Origin: Eledone cirrhosa
Lineage: Eukaryota
DNA: 64,000 nt
Direction: 5' to 3'
Assembly (NCBI GenBank): GCA_964016885.1
Contig: OZ024758.1
Coordinates: 38,936,001 to 39,000,000 of the forward strand
Translations under genes and position numbers: made by a program
In this document: piece after piece, positions 1-13,850 of the stretch
Layout: the number at the start of each line of letters is the position of its first letter
Numbering within the stretch: the stretch's first letter is position 1
The notes under the pieces: generated by a model
Seen by the model: only the letters and a program-made list of their open reading frames with translations
What the model was told of the DNA's origin: nothing
Databases searched by the model: none

Positions 1-859
1 TTAAGTTCATGGTATTAGCTGTCAGAAGTAACTCCACTGTTGGTGAGAATTCATTTAAGTTCATGGTATTAGCTGTCAGAAGTAACTCCACTGTTGGTGA
101 GAATTCATTTAAGTTCATGGTACTAGCTGTCAGAAGTAACTCCAATGTTGGTGAGAATTCATTTAAGTTCATGGTATTAGCTGTCAGAAGTAACTCCACT
201 GTTGGTGAGAATTCATTTAAGTCATGGTATTAGCTGTCAGAAGTAACTCCAATGTTGGTGAGAATTCATTTAAGTTCATTGTATTAGCTGTCAGAAGTAA
301 CTCCAATGTTGGTGAGAATTCATTTAAGTTCATGGTATTAGCTGTCAGAAGGAACTCCACTGTTGCTGAGAATTCATTTAAGTTCATGGTATTAGCTGTC
401 AGAAGTAACTCCACTGTTGGTGAGAATTCATTTAAGTTCATGGTAATAGCTGTCAGAAGTACCCCAATGTTGGTGAGAATTCATTTAAGTTCATGGTATT
501 AGCTGTCAGAAGTCACTCCAATGTTGGTGAGAATTCATTTAAGTTCATGGTATTAGCTGTCAGAAGTAACTCCACTGTTGGTGAGAATTCATTTAAGTTC
601 ATGGTATTAGCTGTCAGAAGTAACTCCACTGTTGGTGAGAATTCATTTAAGTTCATGGTATTAGCTGTCAGAAGGAACTCCACTGTTGGTGAGAATTCAT
701 TTAAATTCATGGTACTAGCTGTCAGAAGTAACTCCACTGTTGGTGAGAATTCATTTAAGTTCATGGTATTAGTTTGTCAGAAGTAACTCCACTGTTGGTG
801 AGAATTCATTTACGTCATGGTATTAGTTGTCAGAAGTAACTCCAATGTTGGTGAGAATT

Positions 860-3800
860 CATTTAAGCCATGGTACTAGCTGTCAGAAGTAACTCCAATG
901 TTGGTGAGAATTCATTTAAGTTCATGGTATTAGCTGTCAGAACGAACTCCACTGTTGGTGAAAATTCATTTAAGTTCATGGTATTAGCTGTCAGAAGTAA
1001 CTCCACTGTTGGTGAGAATTCATTTAAGTTCATGGTACTAGCTGTCAGAAGTAACTCCAATGTTGGTGAGAATTCATTTAAGTTCATGGTATTAGCTGTC
1101 AGAAGTAACTCCACTGTTGGTGAGAGTTCATTTAAGTCATGGTATTAGCTGTCAGAAGTAACTCCAATGTTGGTGAGAATTCATTTAATTACATGGTATT
1201 AGCTGTCAGAAGTAACTCCACTGTTGGTGAGAATTCATTTAAGTTCATGGTATTAGCTGTCAGAAGTAACTCCACTGTTGGTGAGAATTCATTTAAGTTC
1301 ATGGTACTAGCTGTCAGAAGTAACTCGACTGTTGGTGAGAATTCATTTAAGTTCATGGTATTAGTTTGTCAGAAGTAACTCCACTGTTGGTGAGAATTCA
1401 TTTAAGTCATGGTATTAGTTGTCAGAAGTAACTCCAATGTTGGTGAGAATTCATTTAAGTTCATGGTATTAGCTGTCAGAAGGAACTCCACTGTTGGTGA
1501 GAATTCATTTAAGTTCATGGTATTAGCTGTCAGAAGGAACTCCAATGTTGGTGAGAATTCATTTAAGTCATGGTACTAGCTGTCAGAAGTAACTCCAATG
1601 TTGGTGAGAATTCATTTAAGTCATGGTACTAGCTGTCAGAAGTAACTCCAATGTTGGTGAGAATTCATTTAAGTTCATGGTATTAGCTGTCAGAAGGAAC
1701 TCCACTGTTGGTGAGAATTCATTTAAGTTCATGGTATTAGCTGTCAGAAGTAACTCCACTGTTGGTGAGAATTCATTTAAGTTCATGGTATTAGCTGACA
1801 GAAGTAACTCCACTGTTGGTGAGAATTCATTTAAGTTCATGGTACTAGCTGTCAGAAGTAACTCCAATGTTGGTGAGAATTCATTTAAGTTCATGGTATT
1901 AGCTGTCAGAAGTAACTCCACTGTTGGTGAGAATTCATTTAAGTCATGGTATTAGCTGTCAGAAGTAACTCCAATGTTGGTGAGAATTCATTTAAGTTCA
2001 TGGTATTAGCTGTCAGAAGTAACTCCAATGTTGGTGAGATTTCATTTAAGTTCATGGTATTAGCTGTCAGAAGGAACTCCACTGTTGCTGAGAATTCATT
2101 TAAGTTCATGGTATTAGCTGTCAGAAGTAACTCCACTGTTGGTGAGAATTCATTTAAGTTCATGGTACTAGCTGTCAGAAGTAACTCCACTGTTGGTGAG
2201 AATTCATTTAAGTTCATGGTATTAGCTGTCAGAAGTCACTCCAATGTTGGTGAGAATTCATTTAAGTTCATGGTATTAGCTGTCAGAAGTCACTCCACTG
2301 TTGGTGAGAATTCATTTAAGTTCATGGTACTAGCTGTCAGCAGTAACCCCAATGTTGGTGAGAATTCATTTAAGTTCATGGTATTAGCTATCAGAAGTCA
2401 CTCCAATGTTGGTGAGAATTCATTTAAGTTCATGGTATTAGCTGTCAGAAGTAACTCCACTGTTGGTGAGAATTCATTTAAGTTCATGGTATTAGCTGTC
2501 AGAAGTAACTCCACTGTTGGTGAGAATTCATTTAAGTTCATGGTATTAGCTGTCAGAAGGAACTCCACTGTTGGTGAGAATTCATTTAAGTTCATGGTAC
2601 TAGCTGTCAGAAGTAACTCCACTGTTGGTGAGAATTCATTTAAGTTCATGGTATTAGTTTGTCAGAAGTAACTCCACTGTTGGTGAGAATTCATTTAAGT
2701 CATGGTATTAGTTGTCAGAAGTAACTCCAATGTTGGTGAGAATTCATTTAAGCCATGGTACTAGCTGTCAGAAGTAACTCCAATGTTGGTGAGAATTCAT
2801 TTAAGTTCATGGTATTAGCTGTCAGAACGAACTCCACTGTTGGTGAGAATTCATTTAAGTTCATGGTATTAGCTGTCAGAAGTAACTCCACTGTTGGTGA
2901 GAATTCATTTAAGTTCATGGTACTAGCTGTCAGAAGAAACTCCAATGTTGGTGAGAATTCATTTAAGTTCATGGTATTAGCTGTCAGAAGTAACTCCACT
3001 GTTGGTGAGAGTTCATTTAAGTCATGGTATTAGCTGTCAGAAGTAACTCCAATGTTGGTGAGAATTCATTTAAGTTCATGGTATTAGCTGTCAGAAGTAA
3101 CTCCACTGTTGGTGAGAATTCATTTAAGTTCATGGTATTAGCTGTCAGAAGTAACTCCACTGTTGGTGAGAATTCATTTAAGTTCATGGTACTAGCTGTC
3201 AGAAGTAACTCCACTGTTGGTGAGAATTCATTTAAGTTCATGGTATTAGTTTGTCAGAAGTAACTCCACTGTTGGTGAGAATTCATTTAAGTCATGGTAT
3301 TAGTTGTCAGAAGTAACTCCAATGTTGGTGAGAATTCATTTAAGTTCATGGTATTAGCTGTCAGAAGGAACTCCACTGTTGGTGAGAATTCATTTAAGTT
3401 CATGGTATTAGCTGTCAGAAGGAACTCCAATGTTGGTGAGAATTCATTTAAGTTCATGGTATTAGCTGTCAGAAGGAACTCCACTGTTGGTGAGAATTCA
3501 TTTAAGTTCATGGTATTAGCTGTCAGAAGGAACTCCAATGTTGGTGAGAATTCATTTAAGTCATGGTACTAGCTGTCAGAAGTAACTCCAATGTTGGTGA
3601 GAATTCATTTAAGTCATGGTACTAGCTGTCAGAAGTAACTCCAATGTTGGTGAGAATTCATTTAAGTTCATGGTATTAGCTGTCAGAAGGAACTCCACTG
3701 TTGGTGAGAATTCATTTAAGTTCATGGTATTAGCTGTCAGAAGTAACTCCACTGTTGGTGAGAATTCATTTAAGTTCATGGTATTAGCTGTCAGAAGTAA

Positions 3801-5310
3801 CTCCACTGTTGGTGAGAATTCATTTAAGTTCATGGTACTAGCTGTCAGAAGTAACTCCAATGTTGGTGAGAATTCATTTAAGTTCATGGTATTAGCTGTC
3901 AGAAGTAACTCCACTGTTGGTGAGAATTCATTTAAGTCATGGTATTAGCTGTCAGAAGTAACTCCAATGTTGGTGAGAATTCATTTAAGTTCATGGTATT
4001 AGCTGTCAGAAGTAACTCCAATGTTGGTGAGAATTCATTTAAGTTCATGGTATTAGCTGTCAGAAGGAACTCCACTGTTGCTGAGAATTCATTTAAGTTC
4101 ATGGTATTAGCTGTCAGAAGTAACTCCACTGTTGGTGAGAATTCATTTAAGTTCATGGTACTAGCTGTCAGAAGTAACTCCACTGTTGGTGAGAATTCAT
4201 TTAAGTTCATGGTATTAGCTGTCAGAAGTCACTCCAATGTTGGTGAGAATTCATTTAAGTTCATGGTATTAGCTGTCAGAAGTCACTCCACTGTTGGTGA
4301 GAATTCATTTAAGTTCATGGTACTAGCTGTCAGAAGTAACCCCAATGTTGGTGAGAATTCATTTAAGTTCATGGTATTAGCTATCAGAAGTCACTCCAAT
4401 GTTGGTGAGAATTCATTTAAGTTCATGGTATTAGCTGTCAGAAGTAACTCCACTGTTGGTGAGAATTCATTTAAGTTCATGGTATTAGCTGTCAGAAGTA
4501 ACTCCACTGTTGGTGAGAATTCATTTAAGTTCATGGTATTAGCTGTCAGAAGGAACTCCACTGTTGGTGAGAATTCATTTAAGTTCATGGTACTAGCTGT
4601 CAGAAGTAACTCCACTGTTGGTGAGAATTCATTTAAGTTCATGGTATTAGTTTGTCAGAAGTAACTCCACTGTTGGTGAGAATTCATTTAAGTTCATGGT
4701 ATTAGTTTGTCAGAAGTAACTCCACTGTTGGTGAGAATTCATTTAAGTCATGGTATTAGTTGTCAGAAGTAACTCCAATGTTGGTGAGAATTCATTTAAG
4801 CCATGGTACTAGCTGTCAGAAGTAACTCCAATGTTGGTGAGAATTCATTTAAGTTCATGGTATTAGCTGTCAGAACGAACTCCACTGTTGGTGAGAATTC
4901 ATTTAAGTTCATGGTATTAGCTGTCAGAAGTAACTCCACTGTTGGTGAGAATTCATTTAAGTTCATGGTACTAGCTGTCAGAAGTAACTCCAATGTTGGT
5001 GAGAATTCATTTAAGTTCATGGTATTAGCTGTCAGAAGTAACTCCACTGTTGGTGAGAGTTCATTTAAGTCATGGTATTAGCTGTCAGAAGTAACTCCAA
5101 TGTTGGTGAGAATTCATTTAAGTTCATGGTATTAGCTGTCAGAAGTAACTCCACTGTTGGTGAGAATTCATTTAAGTTCATGGTATTAGCTGTCAGAAGT
5201 AACTCCACTGTTGGTGAGAATTCATTTAAGTTCATGGTACTAGCTGTCAGAAGTAACTCCACTGTTGGTGAGAATTCATTTAAGTTCATGGTATTAGTTT
5301 GTCAGAAGTA
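860..5310. repeat. Degenerate higher-order repeat of about 35-38 monomers (period about 1.9-2.05 kb)
   Basis: Equivalent variant blocks recur at 870/2755/4803 (offsets 1885 and 2048) and at 1623/3616 and 1946/3939 (offset 1993, 37 monomers). Confidence 0.85.
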
Positions 5311-8300
5311 ACTCCACTGTTGGTGAGAATTCATTTAAGTCATGGTATTAGTTGTCAGAAGTAACTCCAATGTTGGTGAGAATTCATTTAAGTTCATGGT
5401 ATTAGCTGTCAGAAGGAACTCCACTGTTGGTGAGAATTCATTTAAGTTCATGGTATTAGCTGTCAGAAGGAACTCCAATGTTGGTGAGAATTCATTTAAG
5501 TCATGGTACTAGCTGTCAGAAGTAACTCCACTGTTGGTGAGAATTCATTTAAGTTCATGGTATTAGCTGTCAGAAGTAACTCCACTGTTGGTGAGAATTC
5601 ATTTAAGTTCATGGTACTAGCTGTCAGAAGTAACTCCAATGTTGGTGAGAATTCATTTAAGTTCATGGTATTAGTTTGTCAGAAGTAACTCCACTGTTGG
5701 TGAGAATTCATTTAAGTCATGGTATTAGTTGTCAGAAGTAACTCCAATGTTGGTGAGAATTCATTTAAGCCATGGTACTAGCTGTCAGAAGTAACTCCAA
5801 TGTTGGTGAGAATTCATTTAATTTCATGGTATTAGCTGTCAGAACGAACTCCACTGTTGGTGAGAATTCATTTAAGTTCATGGTATTAGCTGTCAGAAGT
5901 AACTCCACTGTTGGTGAGAATTCAGTTAAGTTCATGGTACTAGCTGTCAGAAGTAACTCCAATGTTGGTGAGAATTCATTTAAGTTCATGGTATTAGCTG
6001 TCAGAAGTAACTCCACTGTTGGTGAGAATTCATTTAAGTTCATGGTATTAGCTGTCAGAAGGAACTCCACTGTTGGTGAGAATTCATTTAAGTTCATGGT
6101 ATTAGCTGTCAGAAGTAACTCCACTGTTGGTGAGAATTCATTTAAGTCATGGTATTAGCTGTCAGAAGTAACTCCATTGTTGGTGAGAATTCATTTAAGT
6201 CATGGTACTAGCTGTCAGAAGTAACTCCAATGTTGGTGAGAATTCATTTAAGTCATGGTACTAGCTGTCAGAAGTAACTCCAATGTTGGTGAGAATTCAT
6301 TTAAGTTCATGGTATTAGCTGTCAGAAGGAACTCCACTGTTGGTGAGAATTCATTTAAGTTCATGGTATTAGCTGTCAGAAGTAACTCCACTGTTGGTGA
6401 GAATTCATTTAAATTCATGGTATTAGCTGTCAGAAGTAACTCCACTGTTGGTGAGAATTCATTTAAGTTCATGGTACTAGCTGTCAGAAGTAACTCCAAT
6501 GTTGGTGAGAATTCATTTAAGTTCATGGTATTAGCTGTCCGAAGTAACTCCACTGTTGGTGAGAATTCATTTAAGTCATGGTATTAGCTGTCAGAAGTAA
6601 CTCCAATGTTGGTGAGAATTCATTTAAGTTCATGTTATTAGCTGTCAGAAGTAACTCCAATGTTGGTGAGAATTCATTTAAGTTCATGGTATTAGCTGTC
6701 AGAAGGAACTCCACTGTTGGTGAGAATTCATTTAAGTTCATGGTATTAGCTGTCAGAAGGAACTCCAATGTTGGTGAGAATTCATTTAAGTCATGGTACT
6801 AGCTGTCAGAAGTAACTCCACTGTTGGTGAGAATTCATTTAAGTTCATGGTATTAGCTGTCAGAAGTAACTCCACTGTTGGTGAGAATTCATTTAAGTTC
6901 ATGGTACTAGCTGTCAGAAGTAACTCCAATGTTGGTGAGAATTCATTTAAGTTCATGGTATTAGCTGTCAGAAGTAACTCCACTGTTGGTGAGAATTCAT
7001 TTAAGTTCATGGTATTAGCTGTCAGAAGTAACTCCACTGTTGGTGAGAGTTCATTTAAGTCATGGTATTAGCTGTCAGAAGTAACTCCAATGTTGGTGAG
7101 AATTCATTTAAGTTCATGGTATTAGCTGTCAGAAGTAACTCCACTGTTGGTGAGAATTCATTTAAGTTCATGGTATTAGCTGTCAGAAGTAACTCCACTG
7201 TTGGTGAGAATTCATTTAAGTTCATGGTACTAGCTGTCAGAAGTAACTCCACTGTTGGTGAGAATTCATTTAAGTTCATGGTATTAGTTTGTCAGAAGTA
7301 ACTCCACTGTTGGTGAGAATTCATTTAAGTCATGGTATTAGTTGTCAGAAGTAACTCCAATGTTGGTGAGAATTCATTTAAGTTCATGGTATTAGCTGTC
7401 AGAAGGAACTCCACTGTTGGTGAGAATTCATTTAAGTTCATGGTATTAGCTGTCAGAAGGAACTCCAATGTTGGTGAGAATTCATTTAAGTCATGGTACT
7501 AGCTGTCAGAAGTAACTCCACTGTTGGTGAGAATTCATTTAAGTTCATGGTATTAGCTGTCAGAAGTAACTCCACTGTTGGTGAGAATTCATTTAAGTTC
7601 ATGGTACTAGCTGTCAGAAGTAACTCCAATGTTGGTGAGAATTCATTTAAGTTCATGGTATTAGTTTGTCAGAAGTAACTCCACTGTTGGTGAGAATTCA
7701 TTTAAGTCATGGTATTAGTTGTCAGAAGTAACTCCAATGTTGGTGAGAATTCATTTAAGCCATGGTACTAGCTGTCAGAAGTAACTCCAATGTTGGTGAG
7801 AATTCATTTAATTTCATGGTATTAGCTGTCAGAACGAACTCCACTGTTGGTGAGAATTCATTTAAGTTCATGGTATTAGCTGTCAGAAGTAACTCCACTG
7901 TTGGTGAGAATTCAGTTAAGTTCATGGTACTAGCTGTCAGAAGTAACTCCAATGTTGGTGAGAATTCATTTAAGTTCATGGTATTAGCTGTCAGAAGTAA
8001 CTCCACTGTTGGTGAGAATTCATTTAAGTTCATGGTATTAGCTGTCAGAAGGAACTCCACTGTTGGTGAGAATTCATTTAAGTTCATGGTATTAGCTGTC
8101 AGAAGTAACTCCACTGTTGGTGAGAATTCATTTAAGTCATGGTATTAGCTGTCAGAAGTAACTCCATTGTTGGTGAGAATTCATTTAAGTCATGGTACTA
8201 GCTGTCAGAAGTAACTCCAATGTTGGTGAGAATTCATTTAAGTCATGGTACTAGCTGTCAGAAGTAACTCCAATGTTGGTGAGAATTCATTTAAGTTCAT

Positions 8301-9040
8301 GGTATTAGCTGTCAGAAGGAACTCCACTGTTGGTGAGAATTCATTTAAGTTCATGGTATTAGCTGTCAGAAGTAACTCCACTGTTGGTGAGAATTCATTT
8401 AAATTCATGGTATTAGCTGTCAGAAGTAACTCCACTGTTGGTGAGAATTCATTTAAGTTCATGGTACTAGCTGTCAGAAGTAACTCCAATGTTGGTGAGA
8501 ATTCATTTAAGTTCATGGTATTAGCTGTCCGAAGTAACTCCACTGTTGGTGAGAATTCATTTAAGTCATGGTATTAGCTGTCAGAAGTAACTCCAATGTT
8601 GGTGAGAATTCATTTAAGTTCATGTTATTAGCTGTCAGAAGTAACTCCAATGTTGGTGAGAATTCATTTAAGTTCATGGTATTAGCTGTCAGAAGGAACT
8701 CCACTGTTGGTGAGAATTCATTTAAGTTCATGGTATTAGCTGTCAGAAGGAACTCCAATGTTGGTGAGAATTCATTTAAGTCATGGTACTAGCTGTCAGA
8801 AGTAACTCCACTGTTGGTGAGAATTCATTTAAGTTCATGGTATTAGCTGTCAGAAGTAACTCCACTGTTGGTGAGAATTCATTTAAGTTCATGGTACTAG
8901 CTGTCAGAAGTAACTCCAATGTTGGTGAGAATTCATTTAAGTTCATGGTATTAGCTGTCAGAAGTAACTCCACTGTTGGTGAGAATTCATTTAAGTTCAT
9001 GGTATTAGCTGTCAGAAGTAACTCCACTGTTGGTGAGAAT
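5000..9040. repeat. Tandem block duplication, 1990 bp (37 monomers)
   Basis: Identical ORF-track blocks at 5072/7062, 5503/7493, 5772/7762, 6255/8245 and 6578/8568. The rare variant TTCAGTTAAG lies at 5925 and 7915. Confidence 0.93.
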
Positions 9041-12000
9041 TCATTTAAGTTCATGGTATTAGCTGTCAGAAGGAACTCCACTGTTGGTGAGAATTCATTT
9101 AAGTTCATGGTACTAGCTGTCAGAAGTAACTCCACTGTTGGTGAGAATTCATTTAAGTTCATGGTATTAGTTTGTCAGAAGTAACTCCACTGTTGGTGAG
9201 AATTCATTTAAGTCATGGTATTAGTTGTCAGAAGTAACTCCAATGTTGGTGAGAATTCATTTAAGCCATGGTACTAGCTGTCAGAAGTAACTCCAATGTT
9301 GGTGAGAATTCATTTAAGTTCATGGTATTAGCTGTCAGAACGAACTCCACTGTTGGTGAGAATTCATTTAAGTTCATGGTATTAGCTGTCAGAAGTAACT
9401 CCACTGTTGGTGAGAATTCATTTAAGTTCATGGTACTAGCTGTCAGAAGTAACTCCAATGTTGGTGAGAATTCATTTAAGTTCATGGTATTAGCTGTCAG
9501 AAGTAACTCCACTGTTGGTGAGAGTTCATTTAAGTCATGGTATTAGCTGTCAGAAGTAACTCCAATGTTGGTGAGAATTCATTTAAGTTCATGGTATTAG
9601 CTGTCAGAAGTAACTCCACTGTTGGTGAGAATTCATTTAAGTTCATGGTATTAGCTGTCAGAAGTAACTCCACTGTTGGTGAGAATTCATTTAAGTTCAT
9701 GGTACTAGCTGTCAGAAGTAACTCCACTGTTGGTGAGAATTCATTTAAGTTCATGGTATTAGTTTGTCAGAAGTAACTCCACTGTTGGTGAGAATTCATT
9801 TAAGTCATGGTATTAGTTGTCAGAAGTAACTCCAATGTTGGTGAGAATTCATTTAAGTTCATGGTATTAGCTGTCAGAAGGAACTCCACTGTTGGTGAGA
9901 ATTCATTTAAGTTCATGGTATTAGCTGTCAGAAGGAACTCCAATGTTGGTGAGAATTCATTTAAGTTCATGGTATTAGCTGTCAGAAGGAACTCCACTGT
10001 TGGTGAGAATTCATTTAAGTTCATGGTATTAGCTGTCAGAAGGAACTCCAATGTTGGTGAGAATTCATTTAAGTCATGGTACTAGCTGTCAGAAGTAACT
10101 CCAATGTTGGTGAGAATTCATTTAAGTCATGGTACTAGCTGTCAGAAGTAACTCCAATGTTGGTGAGAATTCATTTAAGTTCATGGTATTAGCTGTCAGA
10201 AGGAACTCCACTGTTGGTGAGAATTCATTTAAGTTCATGGTATTAGCTGTCAGAAGTAACTCCACTGTTGGTGAGAATTCATTTAAGTTCATGGTATTAG
10301 CTGTCAGAAGTAACTCCACTGTTGGTGAGAATTCATTTAAGTTCATGGTACTAGCTGTCAGAAGTAACTCCAATGTTGGTGAGAATTCATTTAAGTTCAT
10401 GGTATTAGCTGTCAGAAGGAACTCCACTGTTGGTGAGAATTCATTTAAGTTCATGGTATTAGCTGTCAGAAGGAACTCCAATGTTGGTGAGAATTCATTT
10501 AAGTCATGGTACTAGCTGTCAGAAGTAACTCCAATGTTGGTGAGAATTCATTTAAGTCATGGTACTAGCTGTCAGAAGTAACTCCAATGTTGGTGAGAAT
10601 TCATTTAAGTTCATGGTATTAGCTGTCAGAAGGAACTCCACTGTTGGTGAGAATTCATTTAAGTTCATGGTATTAGCTGTCAGAAGTAACTCCACTGTTG
10701 GTGAGAATTCATTTAAGTTCATGGTATTAGCTGTCAGAAGTAACTCCACTGTTGGTGAGAATTCATTTAAGTTCATGGTACTAGCTGTCAGAAGTAACTC
10801 CAATGTTGGTGAGAATTCATTTAAGTTCATGGTATTAGCTGTCAGAAGTAACTCCACTGTTGGTGAGAATTCATTTAAGTCATGGTATTAGCTGTCAGAA
10901 GTAACTCCAATGTTGGTGAGAATTCATTTAAGTTCATGGTATTAGCTGTCAGAAGTAACTCCAATGTTGGTGAGAATTCATTTAAGTTCATGGTATTAGC
11001 TGTCAGAAGGAACTCCACTGTTGCTGAGAATTCATTTAAGTTCATGGTATTAGCTGTCAGAAGTAACTCCACTGTTGGTGAGAATTCATTTAAGTTCATG
11101 GTACTAGCTGTCAGAAGTAACTCCACTGTTGGTGAGAATTCATTTAAGTTCATGGTACTAGCTGTCAGAAGTAACCCCAATGTTGGTGAGAATTCATTTA
11201 AGTTCATGGTATTAGCTATCAGAAGTCACTCCAATGTTGGTGAGAATTCATTTAAGTTCATGGTATTAGCTGTCAGAAGTAACTCCACTGTTGGTGAGAA
11301 TTCATTTAAGTTCATGGTATTAGCTGTCAGAAGTAACTCCACTGTTGGTGAGAATTCATTTAAGTTCATGGTATTAGCTGTCAGAAGGAACTCCACTGTT
11401 GGTGAGAATTCATTTAAGTTCATGGTATTAGCTGTCAGAAGGAACTCCACTGTTGGTGAGAATTCATTTAAGTTCATGGTATTAGCTGTCAGAAGGAACT
11501 CCACTGTTGGTGAGAATTCATTTAAGTTCATGGTATTAGCTGTCAGAAGGAACTCCAATGTTGGTGAGAATTCATTTAAGTCATGGTACTAGCTGTCAGA
11601 AGTAACTCCACTGTTGGTGAGAATTCATTTAAGTTCATGGTATTAGCTGTCAGAAGTAACTCCACTGTTGGTGAGAATTCATTTAAGTTCATGGTACTAG
11701 CTGTCAGAAGTAACTCCAATGTTGGTGAGAATTCATTTAAGTTCATGGTATTAGCTGTCAGAAGTAACTCCACTGTTGGTGAGAATTCATTTAAGTTCAT
11801 GGTATTAGCTGTCAGAAGTAACTCCACTGTTGGTGAGAATTCATTTAAGTTCATGGTATTAGCTGTCAGAAGGAACTCCACTGTTGGTGAGAATTCATTT
11901 AAGTTCATGGTACTAGCTGTCAGAAGTAACTCCACTGTTGGTGAGAATTCATTTAAGTTCATGGTATTAGTTTGTCAGAAGTAACTCCACTGTTGGTGAG

Positions 12001-13850
12001 AATTCATTTAAGTCATGGTATTAGTTGTCAGAAGTAACTCCAATGTTGGTGAGAATTCATTTAAGCCATGGTACTAGCTGTCAGAAGTAACTCCAATGTT
12101 GGTGAGAATTCATTTAAGTTCATGGTATTAGCTGTCAGAACGAACTCCACTGTTGGTGAGAATTCATTTAAGTTCATGGTATTAGCTGTCAGAAGTAACT
12201 CCACTGTTGGTGAGAATTCATTTAAGTTCATGGTACTAGCTGTCAGAAGTAACTCCAATGTTGGTGAGAATTCATTTAAGTTCATGGTATTAGCTGTCAG
12301 AAGTAACTCCACTGTTGGTGAGAGTTCATTTAAGTCATGGTATTAGCTGTCAGAAGTAACTCCAATGTTGGTGAGAATTCATTTAAGTTCATGGTATTAG
12401 CTGTCAGAAGTAACTCCACTGTTGGTGAGAATTCATTTAAGTTCATGGTATTAGCTGTCAGAAGTAACTCCACTGTTGGTGAGAATTCATTTAAGTTCAT
12501 GGTACTAGCTGTCAGAAGTAACTCCACTGTTGGTGAGAATTCATTTAAGTTCATGGTATTAGTTTGTCAGAAGTAACTCCACTGTTGGTGAGAATTCATT
12601 TAAGTCATGGTATTAGTTGTCAGAAGTAACTCCAATGTTGGTGAGAATTCATTTAAGTTCATGGTATTAGCTGTCAGAAGGAACTCCACTGTTGGTGAGA
12701 ATTCATTTAAGTTCATGGTATTAGCTGTCAGAAGGAACTCCAATGTTGGTGAGAATTCATTTAAGTTCATGGTATTAGCTGTCAGAAGGAACTCCACTGT
12801 TGGTGAGAATTCATTTAAGTTCATGGTATTAGCTGTCAGAAGGAACTCCAATGTTGGTGAGAATTCATTTAAGTCATGGTACTAGCTGTCAGAAGTAACT
12901 CCAATGTTGGTGAGAATTCATTTAAGTCATGGTACTAGCTGTCAGAAGTAACTCCAATGTTGGTGAGAATTCATTTAAGTTCATGGTATTAGCTGTCAGA
13001 AGGAACTCCACTGTTGGTGAGAATTCATTTAAGTTCATGGTATTAGCTGTCAGAAGTAACTCCACTGTTGGTGAGAATTCATTTAAGTTCATGGTATTAG
13101 CTGTCAGAAGTAACTCCACTGTTGGTGAGAATTCATTTAAGTTCATGGTACTAGCTGTCAGAAGTAACTCCAATGTTGGTGAGAATTCATTTAAGTTCAT
13201 GGTATTAGCTGTCAGAAGGAACTCCACTGTTGGTGAGAATTCATTTAAGTTCATGGTATTAGCTGTCAGAAGGAACTCCAATGTTGGTGAGAATTCATTT
13301 AAGTCATGGTACTAGCTGTCAGAAGTAACTCCAATGTTGGTGAGAATTCATTTAAGTCATGGTACTAGCTGTCAGAAGTAACTCCAATGTTGGTGAGAAT
13401 TCATTTAAGTTCATGGTATTAGCTGTCAGAAGGAACTCCACTGTTGCTGAGAATTCATTTAAGTTCATGGTATTAGCTGTCAGAAGTAACTCCACTGTTG
13501 GTGAGAATTCATTTAAGTTCATGGTACTAGCTGTCAGAAGTAACTCCACTGTTGGTGAGAATTCATTTAAGTTCATGGTACTAGCTGTCAGAAGTAACCC
13601 CAATGTTGGTGAGAATTCATTTAAGTTCATGGTATTAGCTATCAGAAGTCACTCCAATGTTGGTGAGAATTCATTTAAGTTCATGGTATTAGCTGTCAGA
13701 AGTAACTCCACTGTTGGTGAGAATTCATTTAAGTTCATGGTATTAGCTGTCAGAAGTAACTCCACTGTTGGTGAGAATTCATTTAAGTTCATGGTATTAG
13801 CTGTCAGAAGGAACTCCACTGTTGGTGAGAATTCATTTAAGTTCATGGTA
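8650..13850. repeat. Block duplication, offset 2800 bp (52 monomers), with a 7-monomer length difference between copies
   Basis: 8783/11583, 9268/12068, 9537/12337, 9807/12607, 10129/12929 and 10559/13359 are all offset by 2800. The offset then drops to 2423 (10990/13413). Confidence 0.88.
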
